A stretch of 64,000 bases of DNA from Eledone cirrhosa (taxonomy: Eukaryota). Shown here piece by piece: positions 27,871 to 41,173 of the stretch (within the stretch, counting starts at the first letter, position 1; each line of letters begins with the position of its first letter). The stretch is from positions 16,058,001 to 16,122,000 of the forward strand of contig OZ024750.1 of the NCBI GenBank assembly GCA_964016885.1, in the 5' to 3' direction. Under the pieces are notes generated by a model. The model had not been told where the DNA came from and did no database searches. It saw only the letters and a program-made list of their open reading frames with translations. The position numbers were made by a program, and so were the translations under genes.

Positions 27871-28339
27871 AGCTGGTGTTTGGAGCCTAGCAAATGTTCT
27901 TACATAAGATTATGATGGAAGGTTTTTTTTTTTAGATAAATATAAACACCTTAAAACAAACAGCTTTGTATCATAGAACCAGGGGCAGTTTCAGGAGGTT
28001 TGATATTATAAAAGATAAATAGAGAATAGAGGAGAAGTGAGAAGGAAGTGTTAACTGAGAAAAATGAGAACTCAATATGAGAAGTCAGCAAATAAATATA
28101 ATTGTTTAAAATAAAAGCAAAACAAATTAGATTGCTGATGGAAGAAGTAAAAACAAACACACACACACACACATATATATATAAATATACACACACACAC
28201 ACACACATACGCACATACATACATACAGCAAAAAAAGCAATGTAAGAAATGTAATAAGGATTCCAAGATGTACATATGAGAAAAAACTACTGATGAGCTA
28301 TTTAACCCAGATAGAATTATAGAAGCTATTATGGCTGCC

Positions 28340-28780
28340 GCGCGTGTGTGTGTATGTGTGCGTGTGTGTGTATATATATATATATACACACACACATATA
28401 TATATATACACACATATATATACACATATATATATACGCACATATATGCATATATCTACACACATATATATACACATACATGTACATACATATATATACA
28501 CAAATATATACACATATATATACACACATACATATACATTCATATATATATATACACATCCATATACATATATCTATATATATATACATATATATATATA
28601 TACATATACATATATACACACACATATATACATATACACATATATATACACACATATATATACACATATATATATACACATATATATACACATATATATA
28701 TACACATATATATACACATATATATATACCATTATATATACACACACACACACACACACGATTGGTGTTTATGTGTGTAT

Positions 28781-28823
<43 letters not shown>

Positions 28824-28866
28824 CATATACATATATATATACACACATAGTTAGTATATATATATA
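28340..28866. repeat. (TA)/(CA) microsatellite
   Basis: Dinucleotide runs. Confidence 0.9.
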
Positions 28867-29139
28867 CGAGGAATAAGGAAGATGCCAAGTAATTGGAAAT
28901 TGTCTTGAGATTAATTTCGAAGAACGAAAAAGAAATAAAATTTAAAAAAGATAATAAACATACAATGAAAATTTAAAAAAATGACAGAATAAAAAAAAAT
29001 TGTTTAAAAATGTAAATTTAGGGGATGGGGATTGGAGGAAAATGAAGAACAAACCTAGAAAGGCATTTATATTTTGAGAGAAATTGGGGCCAAGGAGAAG
29101 CTGGCGATATTGGGTTTTTAGATAATCTAAGTTAAGAAC

Positions 29140-29770
29140 ACTCACTGTAGATGAGGTTGGTGATAGGAAGGACAGCATCCAGTGGTAGAAACCTAGCCAG
29201 AAACAGTTCTGTATGAGCAAGACATGGGCATATGACCTGAGCAAGACATGGTCACAACAGGATCACTTGTCTAACCCATGCCAGCGTGGAATGAGCAAGA
29301 CATGGTCACCTGACTTGGCATTGCTCACAACAGGATCACTCGTCTAACCCATGCCAGCGTGGAAGGAGCAAGACATGGTCCCCTGACTTGGCATTGCTCA
29401 CAACAGGATCACTTGTCTAACCCATGCCAGCGTGGAAGGAGCAAGACATGGTCACCTGACCTAGCATAAACCACAACAGGATCACTTGTCTAACCCATGC
29501 CAATGTGGAAGGAGCAAGACATGGTCACCTGACCTAGCATAAACCACACCAGGATCATTTGTCTAACCCATGCCAATGTGGAAGGAGCAAGACATGGTCA
29601 CCTGACCTAGCATAAACCACAACAGGATCACTTGTCTAACCCATGCCAATGTGGAAGGAGCAAGACATGGTCACCTGACCTAGCATAAACCACAACAGGT
29701 TCATTTGTCTAACCCATGTCAGCATAGAATGAGCAAGACAGTCACCTGACCTGGTATTGCTCACAACAGT
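29140..29770 (+). repeat. Family D SINE whose 3' part is amplified as a 73-bp tandem array (~7 copies)
   Basis: gagcaagacatggtcacctgac...caggatcacttgtctaacccatgcc at 29293, 29366, 29439 and onward. Confidence 0.85.
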
Positions 29771-30250
29771 TCATAATTTTATGTAAGAACCTTTTTAAGT
29801 TATGTTCCAAACATCAGGTGAATAATGAGGAAATTATTTTACTATATCCTGCCAATTTCTTGCTTATTTTCAAAATTATTTGGTAATTATAGACCACATA
29901 TTTCATAAGAAATATGGTAATGAAAGGGTACTTAAATTTATCTAAAAACCTTCCATCATAATTTTATATAATATCTTTTGTTATGTTCCAAACACAGCTA
30001 AATAATGAGAAAATTTGATATATTACTAATTCCTTCCAAATTCTTGATTATTTTTCTAAATGGTTCAAAGATCGTAGTCAGTGCCTTTCATTACAAACAT
30101 GGTAAAATGAAAGGATTAATTGATATTGAAAATATTCAAGAATTTGGTTGGGTTTAGTTTGAAAAAGAAAAAAATTAAATGAAAAATGTTCTTCCATAAC
30201 ATTATGATAGAAGGTTTTTAGATAAATATAAACACTTTAAAATGGGTGGG
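29770..30250. repeat. Family C AT-rich repeat copies
   Basis: Reverse copies of the ~190-bp unit. Confidence 0.6.
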
Positions 30251-31845
30251 TTTGTATGATATTTTTAATCTTTAGCACTAGAAAACACTGTTCTCTTTCT
30301 CTCTCCCTCTCATATATCATCAAGATTGTGTTTAGGACTATGATAAAAAAAAAAGCACCCAGTCCACCCAGTAATATGGTAGTGGTGGTGCCACAGAAAA
30401 GTTCCTAGTACACATAAACGGCATCCAGCCATTGAAAACCAAGCCCAAAACAGATGTGTATGAGCACGACACAGTCACCTGATCAGACTAGCCTCATAAC
30501 ATGAGAAGCTGTCTAACCCATGCAAGCATGGGAAATAGATGTTAAACAGTGATGATGATTTTACATGCTTTCTATGTGGGCATGGGTTGGATGGGTCATC
30601 ACAGGCTGTGATAAGACAAGTCAGTTAGCCCCATCTTGCTCATATGTGCCTTCACATAGCCACAGAAGACCGTCTCCAAAACATCTCACCCAGCCCATGC
30701 TAGCAAAAAAAAGGGGATGTAAAAACAATTTTATAAATTATATTGTTTGTAAGTATTGCTATATACCGAATAAATTTATGAACAAAGTATAAAGAATTCA
30801 ATAGCTTAAACCTTTTGATATCAAATTTACATAAAATAATCCCAAATATGGAAGGGTTTATTAATATAACCAAATCATTTTGAAAATAATCTATAATTTG
30901 GAGGATTTAATAAAATAACTTGCTTTCTCATTACTAAGAAAGTATTCAGAAAATAACAAAGGTTCATACATAAAATTATAACGGAAGATTTTAAAAACAG
31001 TTTTGTATCAAAACTAGGGGCAATTTTAATCGGGTTAGTATCGCAAGGAGTAAAATACAAAATGAACCCCTATTTCTGTCTTAATCTCATAGAAAAGGAA
31101 CAAAACTAATTAACCTTTTTAATACCAAACTACCTGAAACCACCTCTAGTTCTATATTACAAAACTGCTTTAAAATGTTGATGTGTATTTAAAAACCTAA
31201 CAATTTCATGTAAGAATTGTTAAGTTAAGTTATGCTCTAACAACAGCGCAATAATGAGAAATTTATTTAAGAAATTTATTTTAAAAAGAGTTAAGAGGAA
31301 ATAAAAAAAAAAAGGTTTTAATATATAGACAGTAGTTATAGCATGTATAGTGTGTATAGCATCTATCATTTTACCATATAAAAATACCTTGAAGTTGGCA
31401 AGCTCAACATATGGTATGTGAACTAAGCTACATTTGCAGGTATTTCTGGAGTAAGGTTCTAAATGAAATATTTGGAGAAATAGAAACTACACAGTTATTG
31501 CTGCTTCTGCTATTACTACTAAAGGAGTGTGCTAATGAACTACTTTCATGCTCTACCTCTGCTACTGTTTGAAGATTGGAGGGGAGGGGGGGGGGTAGAT
31601 TTATAACATCGAGACTAATAATATGGAGTTACATAACTACTAGCTATTAGTCACTATATTGATTTATCATCATCATCAATCAAACTTCTGAAATGATCGT
31701 AAAACAACGAACTAATTAAACACTAAACTTTTCCTTTTGTGTTCATTATATACACACACTCATATATATAGGAAAAGAGTCAGGACCCCGACGGCTGAAC
31801 TCTGGCCTATAACCCATGGTAGCATGGAAGATAGATGTTAAACGA

Positions 31846-31886
<41 letters not shown>

Positions 31887-31981
31887 CATATATACATACA
31901 TATACTTTGAAAACTAAAACCAAACACTGTTAACTATATCATATTTTAATTTACGTACGTTTCATCCTTAATATTACTTTA

Positions 31982-32025
<44 letters not shown>

Positions 32026-32451
32026 CTAGCAGAAAACCACCCTTCCGGTGGTTTTCTGCATGTGTAGTGTGTATATTGATATTATACGCAAGTATATATG
32101 CATGTAGATATGATGCATCAAATAAAATCGTAATTGACAATATACACGGAAATTGAACGAAGACTGCGTTACACTGTCTTATGTAATCAGTAATGTAATC
32201 CATGATATGTTAGAAAAAGACGATATTATATATATAAACTACATTAGGAGAAAATTAGTGACGGAAATATATGAATGTTTATTTAAGCGATCGCTAACCG
32301 GAAGTGTTGACATTTAAAAATTTTTAAGAAGTGAATCTTAAAATAAGCAACAATATTATTTATATTTAATCAAGAATAACGAAATTTAGTAGATAAATTA
32401 TGTAATATTCATTCATTATTCATTGAAAGTAATCCAACTTATTTTACAAAC

Positions 32452-32494
<43 letters not shown>

Positions 32495-32630
32495 CCACCC
32501 AAACTAAAATGCTGCTGCTGCTCAGAGGCTAGATGTATTTTACATTGTTTCTATATTGGCTGATGCTGAAAAATGATAATATTTGGATAATTTGATAATA
32601 TGATAAATCAATAAATTAGTGTATACTCAC

Positions 32631-32715
32631 TAGGCCTGTATATTGATATTTTTTTTAACATATTGATATTTTTGAAATTGAACTCACCTGAAAAAAAAAG
32701 AGAAAAAAAATTCAA
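32631..32715 (-). other. Candidate recursive splice site with a 57-nt cryptic exon
   Basis: Minus strand ttttttttctctttttttttcAG|GTGAGT, junction 32688/32687; second donor CTA|GTGAGT at 32630. Confidence 0.6.
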
Positions 32716-32849
32716 TTTGAAATTTTATACAATTAAAAGGAATTATCAGATAAAAATATTTCTTTTTATATTTTTGACAAAAATATTGTGAACTGAAAAA
32801 AAATTATTTGTAAAGAGGGAACCATTTTATGTTTTATATAACATAGACA

Positions 32850-33060
32850 GTAAATTGGCAGAGTCATCACAGTGTTAGATTAAATGATTTGTGGTACTTT
32901 TTCCAGTTCTCTACATATTGAGTTCAAATCTTGCTGATGTGAACTTTGTTTTTCATCCATTTCGGGTTGATAAAATAAAGTATCAGTCAAGTACTGGGTT
33001 AGAAATAATCAACTTAACCCTCCCTTCTTAACTGCTGCCCTTGTGCTTAAACTAGATACA
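32850..33060 (+). mobile_element. Old SINE family A copy
   Basis: ttggcagagtc...gagttcaaatc...gggttgataaaataaagta. Confidence 0.65.
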
Positions 33061-33139
33061 CTTATTTAGGTGGAGAGTTGTTAGGGTGTTGGGTTAAATA
33101 CTTCATCATATTTGCATTCTGAGTTCAAATCTTGTAGAG

Positions 33140-33322
33140 GTCAACTCTACCAAGTCCAATACTGTGCAGGGGTGTTCCAGCATGGGGCATATCAGGAGGT
33201 GGTGCATAGTTTGTGGTTCAATGGCACAGTCACACACAACCTTTAAATATCCCCATTTTGCCAGATTAGCTTTTGCACGACCAATACCAGATCTTAATCT
33301 GTTGAGGCATTTCCACACTGCA
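33140..33322 (-). mobile_element. Non-LTR retrotransposon C-terminal CCHC region (Ingi/Vingi-like)
   Basis: WKCLNRLRSGIGRAKANLAKWGY...CDC....QTMHHLLICP. Confidence 0.7.
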
Positions 33323-33645
33323 TTTATTTTGTTCCAAACACAACCATAATAATTTGAAAGTTACTTATATTTACAAATCCTTCCAAATAATTGATTATTT
33401 TCAAAATTATTTGAAAATGATAGGCAGTGTCTTTTCGATAGAAATATGTCAATGAAAGGGTTAAAGTGTATATATTTATATAAAAACGCTCCATCATGAT
33501 TTTAGGTAAGAACTTTTGCAATGTTTCCAACACCAACTTAATGAGGAAGCTAGTTATATTACTAAATCCTACCAAATTCTTCATTATTTTCAAAATGATA
33601 GTAGACAGTGTCTTTCATAAAAAATATAGTGTAAGGAAAGGGTTA
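33322..33645 (-). repeat. Family C tandem copies
   Basis: Two units each ending gaaagggttaa. Confidence 0.65.
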
Positions 33646-34633
33646 AAGAACACAGTAGAAGACCAGTGACTAGACAAATGATTGACCAGCTATGTATGTA
33701 CTCGACTACCCAGTTCTTTAAGAATGCTAATGACATAACTACAGAGATAGTAGGGAGGGAGAGGAAGTAACAGAAAGGCAGTGAATGCCATGAGTAAGGG
33801 AGATAAAAATGTGTAATTGTAGTCCTATGTAGAGAGTTTGACACTTAGATATGGGATACACTTATATAAAGTGACTTTCAAGTACAGATCATTGAGGGTG
33901 AGGGGGTAAGGGCTATGGATAGAATTTAATATCATCATCATCATCATCACCATTTAACACCTTATTTTCCATGCTTGCATGAGTCAGATGGATAGTCCAC
34001 GCTATTGGGCAAGTCAGGTTGGTTGGCTGTTCCAAAAGTTGCTCAAGTGGGACTGCATTTTGGCTGTTTTTTTTTGTTTTGTTTTTTTGCAGCTGAATGC
34101 CCTTCGTAATACCAACCAACCAACCAACCAACTTTACAGTGTGGAACTAGGTGGTTCCATTATGAAGAGGGTCTGGCCATTTGGCTATGCTGTACCTTGC
34201 TCAAATGGAACTGTATTTTGGCCAATTTTTTACAGCTGGATGCCCTTCCTAACACCAATCATGCTTACTATTAATATATGTGTGTGGTTGTGTGTGTGTG
34301 TGTGCGTGCGCGCGTGTGTGTGTACATACATATGGTCATAACTGAGTGGTTGTACATCGCGTAGGTTGTATCTTAAGTTTCTGTAGTTCGTTAGCAATAT
34401 GATTATGAAAGGATTAAAGTGTATATTTATTTAAAAACCTTCCATCACAATTTTATGTAAGAATCTTTGTTATGCTCCAAATACCAACTTAAAGAGAAAG
34501 TTAGTTATATTACTAAATCCCTCCAAATACTCGATTATTTTCAAAATTATTTGAAAATCATATGTATTGTTTCATTAGAGATATGATAACAAAAGGGTTA
34601 ACGTGCTTATTTATCTAAAAACCTTCCACCATA

Positions 34634-34666
<33 letters not shown>

Positions 34667-34668
<2 letters not shown>

Positions 34669-34750
34669 TGTTTCATCCGTAGGAGGTCATCGGAAAAGCT
34701 GTTTTCCTGATGATTTCCTTCAAATGAAACAGTTCTAGTCCTGTAGAAGC
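34667..34750 (+). ncRNA. Type I hammerhead ribozyme motif within a short inverted repeat
   Basis: tttc-CTGATGA-tttccttcaaat-GAAA-CAG ttctagtc CTG-TA-gaag; partial mirror copy on the minus strand. Confidence 0.55.
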
Positions 34751-34831
34751 CATTTCTATATTAAAAATTTATACTCTGCTATGTATTGAATACCTTACTT
34801 ACTGTGGTTACATTATATATATATATATATA

Positions 34832-35022
34832 TAATTGTTTCTACTTTAGGCACAAGGCCAGCAATTATCCAGTGCATTACTGGTACTTTATTTTATCGAC
34901 CCCGTAAGGATTAAAGGCAAAGTCAACCTCGGCGGAATTTGGACTCAGATCGTAAAGGGACGTAACTATGCTGGAAAGCATGGAGTCCGGCCCTCCACCG
35001 ATACTGCCAATCCACCACCCTA
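34832..35022 (-). mobile_element. SINE family A with possible TSD (tggttacattatatata at both flanks)
   Basis: Core motifs; flank duplicated at ~34806 and ~35045. Confidence 0.8.
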
Positions 35023-35547
35023 ATATATATATATATATATATAATGGTTACATTATATATATATATATAAACGTTTACAATATGTTCCAAACACCAACTT
35101 AAAGAGAAAGTTAGTTATATTACTAAACCCCTTAAAATTCTTTGATTATTTGCAAAATTATAGACAGTGTCTTTCATTTGGTTTACAGTAAGAAAAGAGT
35201 TGAAAACACGGAATATGAAAAACCTAAAAAGTATTTTAGAAAGTAAAATATCTCTTGGCTGCTAGGAAAAGATGCTGAAGAAACCAAAACAATTTATATT
35301 GAAATGTGTCCCAAAAGTTGGCATGGTCTGAACTGAAATGAAGTAGAGGATTGCCTAACTGAGGTCAGATACCAGAGGTCACATTCAAATTATTTGAGTC
35401 AACAGGGTGTAAATGGAAGAAAAAAAAAATCGAGATAAATTGAGGAATGTGTTGGGTATGTTTACATAACATGGCGAGTGACAACCTTATCTTTGCATGC
35501 TGGTTGGGAGTATACATACATGCATATATACATAGTACATATATTTC

Positions 35548-35592
<45 letters not shown>

Positions 35593-35778
35593 CCAAATAA
35601 AGAGATATATGTATATACAGAGAGAGAGAGAAAGAGCCATATATCACACAAGAAACACAGTATATTGTATATATACCAAATACATATTCTATAGAAGAAC
35701 ATGTACACCGGTAGAGTATATATGCACATAAACATACATGTGTATATGTGTCCATTTGTGTGTGCATGTGTATGTGTG

Positions 35779-35812
<34 letters not shown>

Positions 35813-35966
35813 ATCATCATCATCACCCTTTTATGTCTGTTCTTCCACGCTAGCATGGGTTAGACGGGTTGTCCTGTTATGGGCAGTGTCCGGTCGGCTG
35901 ACCTTGTCTTGCTCATACAGGAACTGATTGTGGCTTGATTTCTACAGCTGGATGCCCTTCCTAACA

Positions 35967-36005
<39 letters not shown>

Positions 36006-36055
36006 TCCAGTCATTGTCTAACCCCTGCTAACAAGGAAAGCAGACATGATTATTA

Positions 36056-36255
36056 TTCAGTATTGGTAGAGAGTCGGACACCATGCTTTGAAGCATAGAG
36101 TTACGCCCCTTTATGATCTGAGTTCAAATCCCGCCGAGGTTAACTTTGCCTTTCATCCTTACGGGGTCGATAAAATAAAGTACCAGTAATGCACTGGGCT
36201 AATTGCTGGCCCTGTGCCAAAAGTAGAAACAATTATTATTATTATTATTATTATT
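36056..36255 (+). mobile_element. SINE family A with (ATT)n tail
   Basis: B box, core, attattatt tail. Confidence 0.85.
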
Positions 36256-37238
36256 TAATGTTTGTTCTATCTGCTAGCAAGGGTGTGTATCTGTATGTGT
36301 GTGTAGATGTGTGTGTATGTGTGTGTGTGTGTGTGTGTGTGAATGAATAACACACTGAATTCTATTGAATAGTAGTAGCCACTCTAATAGTTCTAAGGAA
36401 ACTGCCTCTAAATGGTGTGAGAGTTCTTCAATTGTCATTAAAGCACCAATCTGCTGCTGTTGTTGTTGTTGTTGGAATGGACAGTCATTTAGTGTCAAAG
36501 ATTTAATATATAGTATTTACATTCAAAATAAAAACATGGCAGTTAGATGTAGAAAGGAAACCATTACAATTTAATTTCAGCTTGTTACAGATTATATCTA
36601 TCTCTGCACTAACAAATGATTTCCCCTTCAATAGCAATAGAATATTACACTTTTGTGACTGCATTTCTAAATGAAATATACTTTATTTCTATTAATTAAT
36701 GAAGACTTTTGAGTGGTTTACTAAAATTGTTTCATTATAAAAAGTAATTTAAGAAATGGTTGTCTTTTTAAAAATTATATAGGAAGATTTCAATTTAAAT
36801 AGGAACTTTAAAAAATGTTCTCTGACATAAGAACCAACAAACTAATGTTTGTTAGAGTGAAGTATATGATAGATTCTCTCTTGGTTTTGATGGTGAGTTC
36901 CAGTTGTCTGATCAACTGAACTTCCAGTTGTCTTCCTTTTTCTTCTCCCTACTTCTATTTTACAATGAAGGACTGACGTCCAAAACATCAACAGTCTTCC
37001 CCTACCCTATTAAGCATTGTTTTATTGTATTTTTTTTTTTTTCATTTTGACTTTTCGCGTGCGTGCGTGCGTGCGTGCGTGCGTGCACTGGAGTTGATAT
37101 GATCAATTAAATCAAGGTGGTGTCCCAGCATGGATGCAGTCGAATGACTAAAACCAGTAAAAGTATAATATATACACACACACACACACATATATATATA
37201 ATTGTTCATCATCATTTTAACATCTGCTTTCACTGCTT

Positions 37239-37278
<40 letters not shown>

Positions 37279-37556
37279 AGAGAGAGAGATCAATAGATAT
37301 ATAATAATAAGTAGTCATGTCTCTGAGTCAGTATCCAGTAGTACTAAGTCCATTCACTTACATCCAGTCAGTTGGCCCAGCTGGGGGTATGTTTACAGTT
37401 TAAGTACATTATCTAAGAAAGCCCACCTATCTAGATTTGTTCATTTCCTGTTATATAATTACTTCCTTCTATTAGCTAACTTCTCTATATAATGTCTCTG
37501 TTATCTAGTTGTACCAATCTTATATAAACTGAACCTACATGTGTGAGGGAGAGTCT

Positions 37557-37608
<52 letters not shown>

Positions 37609-37612
<4 letters not shown>

Positions 37613-37693
37613 GGTGTCTCAAATAATGTATATACATTTATTAGAATGCTGTTGATGTATGTATACATTTCGGGGGGGGGGGGGGCACCCTGT
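37609..37693. mobile_element. Tiny Tc1/mariner-like MITE
   Basis: agggtgtc..aatgtata / tatacatt..gcaccctg-TA ends. Confidence 0.5.
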
Positions 37694-37698
37694 ATGTA

Positions 37699-37732
<34 letters not shown>

Positions 37733-37910
37733 CATACATATATGTATATACATATATAAATGTATGTATATATACACACACACAATGTATGTATATATAC
37801 ACACACACAATATATGTATATATACACACACACAATATATGTATATAAACACACAAACACATTGCTAATTCCACTACAAAACTACAGTTAACTAGTCATA
37901 CGAAGCTTGT

Positions 37911-37975
<65 letters not shown>

Positions 37976-39369
37976 TACATATATATATATTTAAGTAATT
38001 TTTCAAACATATACATAGATCATTATCATAATTTTATGCTTGCCTTCCATGCTACAATGAGTTGGATGGGTTATGATAGACAAAGTCAGTATTTAAAGTT
38101 ACTGTCCTTTCAGATGTGTTGGTGGGCCACATTTCCTTTACAGGCATTCTGGTTTAAGTATAGCTTCAAAGCAGAATATTAACCACATCACAGAGTGTGT
38201 TTTATCATAGCACCAGCACAAGGGGCTGAAAAGCCTCTTTGACTGAAAAGCTCTCTCTGAAAAGCCAGACTGAAAAGCTCTCTTTGCCCTAAGAGAGAAG
38301 AAGATTGAATATACTTGGTTCCAAGGCAAATGTGTTTAAGGAGTGAGAACAGCAGATAGAAGGTGGGAAAAAGGATGGCAGGTAGGATGCCATGAGTGTG
38401 TAAGTGTGTGCACCATTTATTCCATACTCAAACTAAAACTGAGAGGTAAGAGATTACATGGTGTGGAGAGGGACTTTACATGCCAAGATAATGTTGGTGG
38501 TTTGACAAAATGTCCCTAGTACATTTGATAATGTGGTTGACAAGCAAACATAGGGTAGAGAGGACTCTTCAGGCTGGTTATGTATATGACAATATCTCTT
38601 GTGATGTTTCCATGATAAAATGCACCCAGTACACTCTATAAAGTAGTAGTGCTTGCACCATGATAAAATGAATCCAGTACATTGTGTAAGGTGGTAGGCA
38701 TTAAGAGGGGTATCCAGTCGTAGAAACCATACCAAATATGGAGAATATGAGCAAGTTGAGATCTCTCTGACCTAGTATAGTCTTGTACAGTGAAAACACG
38801 TCCAACCCATGCCAGCAAGGATATACATAAATACACATATACATATAATGACTATTTTCTCCTCCATCTAAGTAGACTGTCAGCTAACTGTCAGCTAACT
38901 GTCAGTTGTTGGAAGTAGGTGGGGTAGAGAGGGAATGAGCAGAGAGAAAACTGCATCTCTCTAGAGAGAGAGAGATGAACTGGAATACATTTTTAATATT
39001 TGTAGGAAAGATTAAAAAACAAAGAAAACCTTTCTTATCTAACAACAGTAACAACAATAACAGCATCAACTGATGTAAATAAAAGAGTAAACAGATTGGT
39101 AGTAAGGAGAAGGGAGATAGATGTGTGAGAAATTAGACAGGTGTGATGAATCTATCACTGTATACCTGTAACCAGGTAAGCAGGTCATAGAGTTACTATT
39201 GGTAGTTTTTCTACAATGTTTATATATATTGTTCACCTTATTTAATAATGTTGATGACTGATAAGGAGGCAGCAGTATGGGAGAGGTTCTCACCTGGAAT
39301 CTCTTGAATATGATGTAGAAGGAATAATGAAAATATTCCACATTTTACCAAAGTATGGAGTTTCCTTGG

Positions 39370-39584
39370 ATATTTACATTATTCTATATTTACTATTGTA
39401 TTTTCATGGTAAAGCCTTTCTTACATAATTATCTCACATAATATTGAATCTATGAGATTTTGATATTATTTATTTTGAGAACAATACCTTAACATAAGTA
39501 TGAGTGACCAGTTATGGCCAGTTTGAACAGAAGAGGTGAGAGGATTCTGGCCGGATATGGCCAGTTTAAATGCTAAAGGGTTAA
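39370..39584 (+). mobile_element. MITE family B
   Basis: Family B body and right TIR. Confidence 0.75.
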
Positions 39585-40559
39585 CCCATTTGTTTTTGTA
39601 TTTCTAATGCAATATATATATTTCGATTAATTTTGAAATTTTAATAAAATAACTAAGTCTTTCATTAGTAAGCTGATTTTTAGAACACTACTCAACAAAA
39701 TTGTTTAAAATAAAATTATGCTGGGTGATTTTAATATAAGGATAATTATTTTAAAATCAGCAATTTTGTATTATAAATCCAGGGTAGTTTCAGCCACTTT
39801 ATTATCAAAAGCATTAATTGATAATGACAAAGTCTGTAAGAGTTAATGGAAGAAAGTTAAACTGAAAATTGTTGGCACTAAAGTAAGTATAGTAACAATC
39901 TTTGATTTTAAGTAGGAAAACATTGCTATTATTTAACTGTCAAAGATATCTACTGCAATGTTTCCAAAAAGTAGATTCTGCAAAAAAAAAAAAAAAAAAA
40001 CGTTTCACCATTTTGGAAAATTGTACAAGGTTTTAAGGGTTTTCCAACAAAAGCTTCATAAGTACTATAAAAGTTTATCACCCATGGTTTGTTGAATATG
40101 AGGAAAAGACAATGGGAATATTCTTCACTTAAACAAGTAATAAAGATTTCTTGGATGACTTTTAACCTTTAGCACACTAGAAATTTTTATGAATTGCTTC
40201 CCTTGACATTGTATTAGGTCGAGATTACTCTATTGGCGACAATGTGCCTGTACCATCCAGAAGGTTAATCAATAAAGGATATATGAGGCAAAAATTGGAG
40301 GGTGGATGAAAGTTGATTAAAAAAAAAGAAGTTAATTGGTAATTAGTGATACTGAAGTCAGTCTAGATAGAATCTTTGGTTTTAAGTGAAAAACATTATA
40401 GTTATTTAACCCTTTTGATATTACATTGGGAAACAAAATGATTCTCAAGAAGAATATAGCTGATTCTTAAAGATTTTTTTGTATTTAATGTAATACATAC
40501 ATTCAAATGTATGTATCAGGTCATGTGTCTGTGTGGTATGCAATTTAATTCAGAACACT

Positions 40560-41173
40560 TTCATTGCCATATTTCTAATGAAAAATACTGCATATGGTCT
40601 TGAAAATAATATTAAAAAATTGAAGGGATTTAGTGATATCACTAATGTTCTCATGATTAAGCTGGGTGCTTGGAATATAACAAAGGTTCTTACATAAAAT
40701 TATGATGGAAAGATGTTTAGATAAATATAAAAACTTTAATCATTTCATTACCATATTACAAATGAAGGACATTGTCTGGTTTTCAGATAAATTTGGAAAT
40801 AAGAATTTGGAAGGATTTTGTAAAAGAACTAATTTTTTCATTACTTAGTTGGTATTTGGAACATAAAGATTCTAACATATAATTATAAGGGAAGGTTTTT
40901 AGATAAATACATGCACTTAAACCTTTACATTGCTTTATTTCTAATAAATAAAAAAACTCTACCTATCATTTTCAGATAATTTTGAAAATTATCAAAAATT
41001 TGGAGGAATTTAATAATATAACTTTTTCATTATCTGATGTTTGGAACTTAACAAGAGTTCCTATATAAAATTATGATGGAGTATTTTTAGATAAATATAC
41101 ATACTTTAAAAGAAACAGTTTTGTAACATAGAATCTAGGGCGGTTTCATGTGCTTTGGAATCAAAAGGGTTAA
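40560..41173 (+). repeat. Three tandem family C units ending in aaaagggttaa
   Basis: ~185-bp periodicity. Confidence 0.7.

Noticed and set aside
32025-32456. Possible Helitron-like element starting actagcag with a short hairpin
   Set aside because: Only one end is suggestive and there is no second copy in the window
39170-39182. Plus-strand CAG|GTAAGC recursive-site-like motif
   Set aside because: No polypyrimidine tract; expected by chance
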